Part shown: piece after piece, positions 23,301 through 35,300 of the stretch
Layout of the letters: each line of letters starts with the position of its first letter
Numbering within the stretch: position 1 is the first letter of the stretch
Origin: Rhizaria sp. SCN 62-66
Lineage: Eukaryota
Length of the DNA: 56,794 nt
Direction: 5' to 3'
Assembly: GCA_001724265.1 (NCBI GenBank)
Contig: MEDY01000173.1
Location: forward strand, 1-56,794
Notes under the pieces: model-generated
Database searches by the model: none
What the model saw: only the letters and a program-made list of their open reading frames with translations
Told to the model about the DNA's origin: nothing
Made by a program: the position numbers and the translations under genes

Positions 23301-26300
23301 GTGGCGCTTCGTCAAGGACAAGGGCTACGAGGTCCGCGCCTTCGGCAATACTGCGCTGCGGTGCGTGCCGGCCGTCGACGAGACGGAAGACAAGGAGCGC
23401 TCGCGCTCCGTGCTGTCGTCGTTCTTCGCGTACTTCTTCACGCAGCAGACGCGCGCGCCGCCCTCGGGCGCGGATCCCTCGGCGCTGGCGGGGCAGCCCG
23501 TGGCGTCCGAGGACGACATCCTGCACCTCAAGACGCTGCCCACCTTCGACGGGCGCCTCTCGCAGCGCGAGTCCGAGCTGCTGCTTTCGTACCTCACGGC
23601 GCCGTACCTGCGCATCCCTCTCGTGCTGGGCTTCTTCGCGTCGCCCGAGCGCGTGCACGCGCTGGGCTCGGCCAAGCTGCGCGCCGTCCTGGACTCGTGT
23701 CTGTTCGAGCCCTCGCAGTGGCAGGCGATCGAAAAGAAGGTGCAGCCGCGCGTAGTGCCTGCGCCCGACCGCGTTCACCTGGCCACCCCCGTCGGTCTGC
23801 TCTTCAACGAGCTGACGCACTCGCCCGTGGGGCTGCTGAAGCCCGTACAGGACCTGCTTGACATGGCGCTGGACCTGGACACGGGCCGCTTCACCGCGGC
23901 CTCGGCGCCGACCATCCTCTACTGCGTGCGGCTCGTCGTGCGCGTCGAGGCGTACATGCTGTACCTGTGCCGCCACACCGAGTGGCTCGCCGACGAGGCG
24001 CGCGTGTGCCAGGGCGGGCCCAAGACGTACACGCGCGGACTGGGCGCCGAGCCCGACGTGCAGGCCGCGCTGACCGAGGCCTGCCGCAACATCCGCGGCG
24101 TCGTGCAGCACCACGTGTTCCCGATGCTGGAGCGCTGGGCCGAGCAGGCCGTGCGCGCGGACGACTCCCGGCAGATCTGCCTCGTCTACGCGCACCTCAT
24201 GCTGCTCTACCAGTCGATCGCGCCCGAGGAGCTGACGCAGCAGATCGTCACCACGCTGCTCGTCGCGCAGATCCAGCTCACTGCGCGCTACCTGTACAAG
24301 TCCACGGTGGCCGCACAACCGCACGAGGCGGGCGGCGAGGACGAGGCGGCGCGGCTCGCGAAGCTGCACGCGCGACTGGGCGACGAGGGTGCGCTGGACG
24401 TGCCCGAGACGGAGATCTTCGACATGTTCGCGCACCAGCGCGGGCGCGTCATGGCCTGGCTCGACGCCCACCCCGCGCAGGCCGACGAGGTCCACGAGGC
24501 CATCGTGCGCATCGTCACGCGCACCGGCACGCGCACGCGCATGTACAACAACAAGCCGCTCACAGTCCGCCGCTGGCGCTCCATGGAGGGCCGCAACTGT
24601 CACGGCCGGTTCGTGCCCGCGCTGCTCACGGCCAGGGACAAGCTCGCCGAGGCGCGCGCCAAGCGCCGGGCTCTCAAGCTCAAGCAGGCCTCCGACGTCG
24701 CGGCCGCCAAGGCTAAGGCCGGCGCCGAGGAGGACGAGGCCAAGGACGGCGACGGCGTGCTGGCTAAGGTCAAGGGCGCGCTCACCGCGGTCGGCGCCGC
24801 CGTCTCTAACACGGTCACCGGCGGCGGCGGCGGCAGTGGCGGCAAGACGGTCTCTGCGGCGGTCGCGGACACGAGCGCGGCGGCAAACCGGCTGCGCGCG
24901 GCGGCGCTGTCCGCGCAGTGGACGGGCGTCGACGACGACGGACCCGGCGACACCGAAATCAACATCCAGCTCGGCGACTTCACGCTCAAGTCGGCGCGCC
25001 TCGAGGTGCTCAACCAGCACGTCGACCTGGCGCGCTTCCCCGACTACGCGACCGTCTTCGGCCCCTCGCTCGCGCCCATGCAGTGCGCCGAAGTGAAGCT
25101 CTCGACGGCGCGCCGCTGGTACCGCCTGGTCGGGCGGCGCCACGACGTGTTGTTGTGGCGCGCCCCGACGCCGCAGCTGCTCGCTTCGCAGCCCATGGGC
25201 GAGTTCACGCGCATGTACTCGCCCTCGTCTGAGGCCTGGGTCGTGCGCGCGCTCGAGCCCGTCCGCAAGGCCAAGCTGGCCGGCGTGCAGCTGTACCTGC
25301 CGCGCAACTCGTACGACGACACCTCGCTCTTCGCGGTGCTGCGCGGCAAGCAGTACCACGCCGACCCCGCCGCCGTCCCCGCCTCGGGCAGCTCCTCGAC
25401 CGCGACCGCGACGGCGGTGACGGGCGAGAGCACCGGCCGCGTGGCGGGGCAGCCGCTGCTCGACGGCAACGGCAACCCCATCGTGCCCGCCGCGGGCGCC
25501 GCCGCGGGCGCCGCGGGCACCGATGGCAACGGCAACCCCAAGGCCGCTCCCGCCGCCAGCGCTGCTGCTGCTGCTCCCGCCGCCGCGTCCGGCTCGGGCG
25601 CGAGCGCTGCGGCTGCGGCGGCCGCGCCCCCGCTCTTCACGATGAAGGAGGTGGTGGTGCTGCGAAAGCTGGGCGTGGTGCACGTGTACGACGTCGTCGA
25701 GCACGGCCGGCGCTTCTACCGCTCGCTCTGCTACTCGTCCGACAACCGCTACTGCCTGCAGGACATGCCCAGCAACATCCAGCGCTCGTACAACGAGCCC
25801 TGGAAGGCGTACGACCGCTTCGCCTTCGGGCGCACGGACCGCGCACAGGGCCCGCGCGAGACGATGGTGATCACGCGCAACCTCACGCAGATGAAGGCCG
25901 GCGAGCAGACGTACGTGCCGCACCGCTTCCTCATGGGACTCATCCCCTGGGCGCTGCTGCAGCACTACGAGTTCTGGCAGTACAACAACGGCTGGATGCG
26001 CGGCTACCCGCGCTCCGCCGACGACTACGCCGACGACACCCCCGCCCCCGCTTCCTCCGGCTCTGCAGGTTCCGGCTCCTCTGGCTTCGGCTCCTCCGGC
26101 AAGGGCGCGAGCGGGGACAAGTCCAAGGCCGCCGCGGCCGCGGCCGCGTCTGCGCAGGCGTCCTTCGTGGTGACGGTGCAGATCGACGCCGACACGGGCG
26201 GCATTGGGCGCATCGTGCGCCACGCGCTGCGGCCCGGCGTCGACCCGCTGGCGCTGCCGCCGCCGCCCGAGGTCGTGGCCGCGTTGGGCGATGACCGCGT

Positions 26301-29300
26301 GACGGGCACCGAGGGCCGCGACGACGCGCTGCTCGACGACGACGACCTCTCGGACGACGAGGCCGCCGCCGCCGACGCGCTCGGCTACGGCCGCCTGCAG
26401 CAGCAGGCTACGGACTCGGCCGCCTCCACCGGCGGACTCAGCTCCAACGCCGTCGCCGCGGCGGCCGACGGGCGCGCCGCCGCGCTGGCTGCGCGCAGGG
26501 AGCTGCTCGCCAAGAAGAAGGCCGCCGCCGCCGCCGCCGCCGCCGCCTCGGCGGGCCCCGCGGCTCCGTCCCCGGTGCCCTCCGCCGGCGGCTCCAGCGC
26601 GGCGGAGGCGGCGGCGGCGGGCAGAGAGAAGTCGCGCTTCGCCGAGTACGACAAGGAGCTCCGCGCGAGCTACCTGGGTGGTCCCGACGGCGAGCTGACG
26701 CTGGTCAACCTGCTCTACGCGCCCCCTGACTCGGTGCTCTCGGACCTGGCTGACTTTCTCGTGCGTCTCGACAACCTCTCACAGATCCTCGTGTGGTCTC
26801 GCACCCCCCTGGCGCCGCTCAAGAGCCAGTTCGCCAAGCCGCAGCCCGTCTCGACGCTGGCGGCGGCGTCGCAGACGCTCACGGCGGCCGCCTCGTCTCT
26901 CGTGTCGCTGGTGCAGGTGGCCGCGGGCCGCGGCAGCGCCGAGGTGCCACACCCGGCCGTGAGCGTCGACGTGATCGAGCTCTCGCGCCTGCGGCTGACC
27001 TTCGCGCGGCGCGAGGGCGCGGCCGCGGGCGACGAGCGGCTCTGGTCGCAGGACCACGTGGGCATGTTTATCTCGAACGCGCACGCGCAGTGCCGGCGCA
27101 CGATGGGCATGCTGCAGGGGCTGCCCTCGGCGCTGGTGCTGGAGAACGAGGACAACGAGCTGGCGCTGCTGGTGCCCGCCGTGCTGCCGGTGCGCCCGCT
27201 GATCCGCTCCGAGCCCTTCTCGACCGAGATCATGTTCGACCGAACCAACCGCGCGTGGCTGAACAACTGCGAAGTGCGCCACTATCTGTACCCCGTGCAC
27301 CTCTCGCGCGGCTTCCTCTTCACGCCGACCTTCGCGTCCACGCTCTATCTGCTGCTGCTGCGCATGATGCACCGGCGCTACGACGAGGTCTTCCGCATGT
27401 TCGAGCTCTGCACCACGGATGCGAAGCTGACGGCTGAGGAGCAGCAGATCTTCGACCAGTTCGAGCAGGTCACGCGCGACTACCACCCCGACGCGCACGC
27501 CTGCCGCCTCCGCATGCAGCTCATGACGGCCGAGACGCCGCTGGCCAACCTGGTCGACTCGTCCCGCGAGCTGGAGAACTACATCCGCAAGGAGCACCTC
27601 GTGTCGGCCGAGTGCCGCCTCTCGCTGCAGGAGCAGATCTCGCTCATCGAGGCGTGCCCGCGCATGTCGCCCACGCTCGCCAACCGGCTCGTGTTCTTGC
27701 GCAAGCTCCCGCAGACGGGCGAGCTGCACCTGGCGGCGCCCGTGGTGCCCGGCCGCGCGCGCCCGTCGCCGCCGCTGCTGACGATCACGCTGCCGCCCAT
27801 CCCCGTGCTGGAGAACGAGTTCTACCGCGTCGACGATCAGTCGCTCCTCGCGCCCGACACCAAGGAGAGCCTCGCGGACAAGATATTCGGCGTGAGCTAC
27901 ACGCGGCCCGACGTTGAGAAGAAGGACTACAACGGCGCAAACATGGTCGCCTTCCTTAACAAGGCCCTCAAGGACCCCATCCGCATCCGCGGCGGCTCAC
28001 AGGTACGTATAAGCAGGACAAAAGCCACGATATTTTACTTTAGTTTATTCATATTTTAACCGAAACAAATACTTTGTCTTACAATTACATATTTTGTATG
28101 TTCGCTATCCTTTAGGACCTTGGTTTCATCTTCTTCTACGAGCTGATGACCGGCGCGCTGGCGATGCGCATCCTGCCTACGGACACGTCCTTCTGCCTGG
28201 CCTACTTCCTCATCCACATGCTGGCGCCCAAGGATTACATGCGCCAGTCTTCGCTCATGTCGATCCTGCGCGTGATGAACACACACTTCCTGCTCTCCAC
28301 CTCGGCCGCGATGCCGCGCTGGGCCGCCTCCAAGTCCTGGTTCGGCAAGTCGAGCGACTTCATCAAGTTCTACCAGAAGGTCAAGGCGCACATGCTGTCG
28401 CAGCGCGAGGCCTTCCACTTCGCGAAGCTCCCGCCCGCCAACATCGACCGCATGCCGGTGGTCTTCGGGCCCGACCCGTCCGCGCCCGCCGCCGGCCGCG
28501 GCTGGCTGACCCCTCGCCTGGCCGACATGAGCTGCTGCTCGCGGCCGCTCGTGCCGGGCGCGTCGACCTCGGCCGCCGACGTGCGCGCCTTCGCCTCGTG
28601 CCCGCTCGCGACGCTGGGGCTGGAGAGCTACGTGACGGCGCGCTCCCGCGCCGAGCGCGGGCTGCCTGCGCTGTCGCCGACGCTGCCGTTCGATGTGTCG
28701 ACGCATGCGGCATCCAAGTCGTACGTGGCCAAGGGGCTGCTGCGGCGCCTGGGCGGCGACGTGGCCGAGTTCGCGGAGCTGGAGAACGAGGGCAATGAGG
28801 CCGAGCTGGTGCTCATGTCCGAGGAGGAGCTCCGCGCAGTCTGCGCCGAGCCCAACGGGCCCGCGCACCAGGCCGCGCTGCGCCACCTGGAGGAGCTCAT
28901 CAAGAAGATGCGCCAGCTGCACCGCGCCGACGTCGAGTACGTCAACCTCGCCATCCCGGCGCTGCTCAAGCTCGCAAATGGCGTCGACGTGACCGAGGCC
29001 ACGCGCGCAGAGAACCGCGCGCGGCTGAGCTTCATCCTGTGCCGCCTGGGCCGCTCCGAGATCACGCTGTGGTTCGAGTACCTTGTGGCGACGACGCTGG
29101 CGTCCAACTCGGACCGCGCGCTGCGCATGGCGAACCCGTTCCTGTCCGTGGCGGCGCGCGCGGGCGTGGTCGACCAGGCCGTGGCGCTGATGCTGCACAC
29201 CAACCGCGTCGGCCACACCATCCGCACCATCAACCAGGCGCTCTCGCTGCGCAACGTGCTCCGCAAGCTCGCCAAGGACCCCTCGCTGGCGCTGGCGCCG

Positions 29301-32300
29301 CCGCCCGCGACCCCCGGGCCTGGCGCGCTGGTCATGGCCTCGGCCCGGGTCACGCCACACTCGCTGCTGCTGCAGGCCAACGACTTGGCGACGCTGCTGG
29401 CGACCAAGCGCCACTACGTGCGCGCGGCCGTGACGACGCCGCTGCCCGGCACTGCGGCCGCCCTGGCGGCGGGCGGCGAGGAGGTCGTCTCGCTGACTTA
29501 CGACCCCCGCTTCCTTGTGTTCGAGTTCACGCACAACCTGGTGCTGCGCAAGAGCCAGGTCACGCTGGTGGACCAGTTCATGGCGGCGCTCAACAACGGC
29601 GACTCGATGGTCACGCAGATGATCATGGGCGCGGGCAAGACCACGGTCGTGGCGCCGCTGCTGGCGATGCTGCTGGCCGACGGCTCGCAGCTCGTGCTCG
29701 AGGTCGTGCCCGCCGCGCTGCTGGAGTTCTCGCGCGCCATCCTGCGCTCACGCTTCTCGGCCATCGTGCCCAAGGCCGTCTACACGTTCGCGTTCGACCG
29801 CTTCACCGAAGTCACGCCCGACATCTACCGCAAGCTGCTCAAGGCGCGCCAGATGGGCGCCATTGTCGTCTCGACGCCCTCGGCCGTCAAGTCCTTCGCG
29901 CTTAAGTACGTACTCATTCAAGATATACGGACATTTAGTTAACTTCAATCAATTTCTTACTTTTATTTGGTTATCTATCCAATTTTCTTTCTATATTTCA
30001 ATTTCACTCACAATACCTCCCGCTCTATCCCCCTACTTTATCTTCTCTCTGTTCTCCCGCGCAGGCTGGTTGAGGTGCTGCACGAGCTGGACCGCATCCA
30101 CTCGATCGATCAGCAGCGGTCGAAGCGCAAGCGCATCGCGGTGCTGGAGCCGGAGCGCGTCCAGGGCCACCAGCTGACTGCTGAGCAGTGCGCGCAGGTG
30201 ATCGGGCTGTGGCAGTCGTCGGTGCTCTTCATGGACGAGGTCGACCTCATCCTGCACCCGCTCAAGTCCGAGCTCAACTACCCCATCGGCCCCAAGGAGC
30301 CGCTCGACTTCACCGAGAACAAGATCGGCCGCGGCATGCGCTGGGAAGTGCCGTTCGCTTTGCTCGACGCCATCTTCTTCGCCTCCAAGGGCCCCTCGGC
30401 GTGCATGGCCAGCTACAAGGAGTCGAAGCAGATGACTGCGATCCTGGACAAGCTCAAGCTCGTCATCGACGAGGGCTGCCGGCTGCGCGTGGTGCAGAAG
30501 GTCCCGCACCTCGCGCTGCTGCGCCGCGACTTCTACCACTTCTACATCAAGCCGCTGCTGGCGCACTGGATGCTCATCTGGATGGGCTCGCGCGGGCTTA
30601 AGGGCCTCACCGACGACCAGATCCTGGTTTACCTCTTCAAGGGGCCCAAGCACCGCGCGACGGCCGCGGTGGCGCAGGAGAAGCTCTCGGTGGACTACCT
30701 CAAGATGCTCAACCTGGCGCACGACTGGCTGCAGTCCTACCTGCCGCACTGCCTCAGCAAGGTCGACCGCGTGTCGTTCGGACTGCTCAACGAGGAAGAC
30801 CTGGCCAAGTTCCAGGCGCTCGACCCCTTCATGCCCAAGACGCGCAAGTTCATGGCCGTGCCCTTCGTGGGCAAGGACGTGCCCTCGCGCTCGTCCGAGT
30901 TCTCGCACCCCGACATCGTCATCGGGCTCACCATTATGGCCTACCGCTACGAGGGCCTGCGCCGCGCCGACTTCAGGTCGGTCATCGCGCAGCTCCGCAA
31001 GCGCATGCGCAAGGAGTCGGGCCCCTACGCGCTGCGCAAGTCGTGCATCACGTTCGCGCGCTGGGTCACGGCAGCGGGCGCGCGCATCCGCGGCGCCAAG
31101 CGCGCCGAGATGCTCAAGCACAAGTGGGAGGAGCTGGAGCGCCGCGCCGAGCAGGCCCGTCTGGCCGAGCTCCGTAGCGAGCGCGCCGCCGCCGGCGTCG
31201 GCGCCGGCGCGACGCCCCGGGTCGCGGACCCGCTGGGCGGGCTCGACGCGCTCAGCCTACTCTTCGGCGGCGGCGCGGGCGGCGGCGCTGAGGGCGACAT
31301 GATGTCGCCGTCGGTCAGCAGCAGCAGCTTCAGCAGCAGCAGCAACATGATGTCCGTGGCTGCGGCGCCGGGCGTAGGTGCGAACGTGCCCGGCTGGTCC
31401 CACGCGGGCCGGTGGCAAGTCGGTGCGGGCACCAACTCGAACAACCTTAACACGTCCGCGCTGGCCTCGGCGGCGATCGCGCTGCCGACCAAGCAGGACA
31501 TCTGGCCGCTGCGCCTTGTCGACGAGCACGACGAGGACATGATGACGCTGCTGTACGAGCTGCTGGGCGCGTCGCCGCACGCGATCCACTTCTACCTCAC
31601 CGAGGACATCTTCCCCGAGCTGATGCGCCACCAGTCGCTCAAGATCTCTGCCTCCGGCCAGGAGCTCGGCGGGTCGATGCTCTTCGGGCGCCGCATCGGT
31701 TTCTCGGGCACGCCCTCGGACCTGCTGCCGCTGGAGCTGGGTGAATGCCAGCACGAGCGCGGCTCCGACGGGCGCATGATCAGCTACTTGACGTCGCCGC
31801 GCGTGTGCTCACTGGAGCTGTTGCCAACGGGCTGGGACGTGCAATCGCTGCTCACGCGCGTTGCCACGGCCAACCCACCCTTCAACGCGCTCATCGACAC
31901 GGGCGCGCTCGTCACCGGGCTCAACAACTTCGAGGTCGCCCAGTTCCTGCTCGTCAACGGGCTGCCCTGGGCCGAGGGCGTCGTCTTCCTCGACGACAAC
32001 GACGACAAGGTCATCCTGGTGCGCGCCACGATGCGCGTGATGAAGCTCTCGCAGTGCGGCATCGCGCTCGACAAGCGCTTCGCCTTCTACGACGACGTGC
32101 ACACGACGGGCATGGACATCAAGCACATTCCCACGGCGCGCGCGGCGCTCACGCTAGGCAAGGACATGACCTTCCGCGACTACGCGCAGGGCGCGTTCCG
32201 CATGCGTGGCATCGCCAAGGGTCAGACAATCCACCTCATGGTCATCCCCGAGGTCGCGGGGCTGATCAACCAGACGCTCGTGGCCTGCAACGGCGGCAAG

Positions 32301-35300
32301 CACCCGCGGCTGGCGCAGTTCCAGTCGCTCGCCGCGGGCGCCGCCAACGGCGCCATCTCGGCCAAGGTCGCTGGCGCCGCGCACGCCGCCAGTCTGGGCA
32401 ACGACGTGCTGAGCTTCCTCGCGCCCGACGTCAACGCGCTGCCCGCGGCCAACGCGGGCGTGCCCTCGCTCAACTCGGGCGCCACGACCTCGGTGCTCGA
32501 TCTGCTGGACCAGCCCACGCCCGCGGCCAACGCCGCACCACCGAGAGACGACTCGCCGCTGGCGGACCTGATCGCGGAGGCCGCGGCGGAACAGGCCGGG
32601 CTGACGGGCGACGCTGTCAAGGACGCGCTGCTGCTGCGCGCGCGGCCCGTGCCGCGCGAGGGCGTGCTGGCGGGCTCGGACGAGGAGGTGCTGCGCGACG
32701 TCGTGGCCTGGCTTGTCGTCTCGTCGATGCGCTCCGAGAAGGTCCAGTTCAACATGCTGTGCTCGCAGATGACGGCCAACGTGTGGCGCAAGACGGCCTT
32801 TGAGTCGCTCGTGCGCGGCCGCGCGCTGGTGGGCGCCGAAAACGCCGAGCAGCCGTATCTGCAGCAGTGCGTGGACATGTTCCGCGAGCGCATCGACCAC
32901 ATGGTCGAAGCGTGCGTGCCCGAACGCGTGCCTTGGGTCGAGATGGTCGAGAAGGCCGTGCGCGAGCACAAGCTCTTCATCGAGGCCAACCCGCTGTGCA
33001 AGGTCGACATCGCGCGCATCCGCAAGCTCTTCAGCACGCCCTCGAACGCCAACACGGCCTCGGCGCTGCTGACCTTCGGCCGCGACGGCGTCGCCGGCTA
33101 CGCGGCCGCGGGCCAGCGCGCCGCCGGCGCCGCCAACGACTCGATCGAGGACGAGCTGGTCGACTCTGGTGCCGAGCGCGCGTTCGCGTCCGAGCAGGTG
33201 CAGGAGCAGGAGCAGGAGCAAGAGCAAGAGCAGGAGCAAGAGCAGGAGCAGGAGCAGGAGCAGGAGCGCGAGCCGGACCGCGACGCCGTGTCCAAGCAGA
33301 CGTACTCGCGCAAGGACGAGGGGCCCGTGCCGTGGGAGTTCGAGTCGTTGCGCACCGCCGTCAAGCCCGGCACCGTCACGGTGCAGAACTTCCAGCCCGC
33401 GTCCAAGTTCGCCGTGCACAACAAGCTGCTCAAGACGCCGCAGCCGATCGACTTCCCCGACTACTTGTACGTCAGCGAGAACTACTTCAAGCCGCAGTGG
33501 TCGCTCAACACTCACCGGCGCATCCGCAACACGATCTGCATCCTCGAGTGGTCGCCTGACATGGGCGCAGTGGGCGACCTCTTCCCCACGCCCGAGCAGC
33601 AGGCCGCCGTGCTGAGCCCGGTCCAGGAGTCGAACCTGCGCAAGGCCTTCGACCTCTACGCGCTCCAAGGCCGGCCGAACCTGGACGCCAAGGAGTTCCG
33701 CGCGCTGCTGCAGGGGCTAGACGTGCGCGTGCGCAAGTCCGAGATGAACGCCTGGCTCGAGCGCTTCGGCTCCTTCGGCGGCGTCGTGGACCTAGCGACG
33801 GTGCGCAAGATGCTGCTGGAGCGCACATACGCGCGCAACGAGGCGAACCGCTACTGGGTAGCGCTGTCACTGCACGAGGCCGAGACGGTGCGCGGCATCA
33901 TGCACATGCGCCGCCGCCGCGACATCGTGCCCGCGACGGACGTGGCCATGACGCTGCGTGCGCTCACGGGCAACAACCTCACCACCATCCAGCTCGACAA
34001 GACGCGCAACTTCGTGTCGCCGCGCGAGTACCAGTTCACGACGGCGGCGCACACGTACCGCCTGCTCAACTCGGAGCACTACTTCTCCGAGCGCGAGGCG
34101 AACATGGTGCTGCGCGCGCTGCAGAACACGCCGCCCGAGCGCCGCCTGGCGTGGTACAACGAGGTGCGCGCGTGCCGCCGCCGCGCCGTGGTGGACCTGA
34201 GCACCACGCCCGTGCACCGCGTGCTGACCGTCGCCGACGAGACGGTCGTGCTGCTGGAGCGCGCCTACATCGCGCGCATCCGCGCCAACATCGACGCCAA
34301 GGGCATGCTGCTGCTCGACGCCTTCCGCGCCTTCGATTTCCACCGCGCCGGCGCGCTGACCGTGGAGGACCTCTACGGCGGCTTCACGTGGCTCGAAGTG
34401 GAGCTCACGCCCGCGCACATGCAGGCGCTGTTCCGCGCCATGGACCTGGACCTGGACGGCCGCGTGACGTTCCGCGACTTCTGCCGCGTGCTGCGGCGGC
34501 CCGGCGAGCGCGTGCGCACGGTGCAGGAGACCGAGGCCGAGGTGGGCAACACGGACGTGCGCGGCGCCGACGAGGACGACGACGGCGACGGCGGCGACGA
34601 CGACGACGCGCGCGCCGCGCTCGAGGGCGAGGAGGCCGTCGACGCAGACATGAACGACGTTTGGGCCTCGGCCTCGGCGGGCGCCGCCACGGGCCGCGTC
34701 ACGGTCAAGTGGGGCACGGTCAAGCCGCGCCCGCTGGACCCCGCGGCCGCGGCGGCGGGGCCCAAGAAGCTGTCGCCCGCCGAGCTCAAGGACCAGATCA
34801 TCCGCAGCGCGGCCAAGATCAAGGTCAAGTTCAGCTCCTGCACCTCTTTCAAGGAGGTGTGGTCCTCCAAGGGCACGGTCTCGCGCCACAAGGGCACCAT
34901 CTGGAAGCCGAAGCTGTCGCGCAACCGCAACACGCGCGCCTTCTTCTCGCTGGGCCACTACGCGAGCCCGGGGTACGAGAAGCCGAGCAAGAAGCACAAC
35001 TGCTACTACCTGACGCTCTCGGACGAGTCGAGCTGGTTCGGCATCTTCCGCTCCAAGCACCTCGAGTTCGTGATCCACGCGCTGTGCCCACACCCCGTGT
35101 CGTACCAGCAGGTGTGGATGAACCGCGCTGGCCAGGGCGGCCGCGACTTCTACGCGTGGCGGCCGATCCCGCCGTCCAAGGACTTCGTGGCGCTGGGCAT
35201 GGTGTGCACGACGACGGCCGACGAGCCGCCGCTGACCGAGGTGCGGTGCGTGCCGCGCGGCTGGGTCACCGACTCCAAGGTCAAGCCGCAGATGATTTGG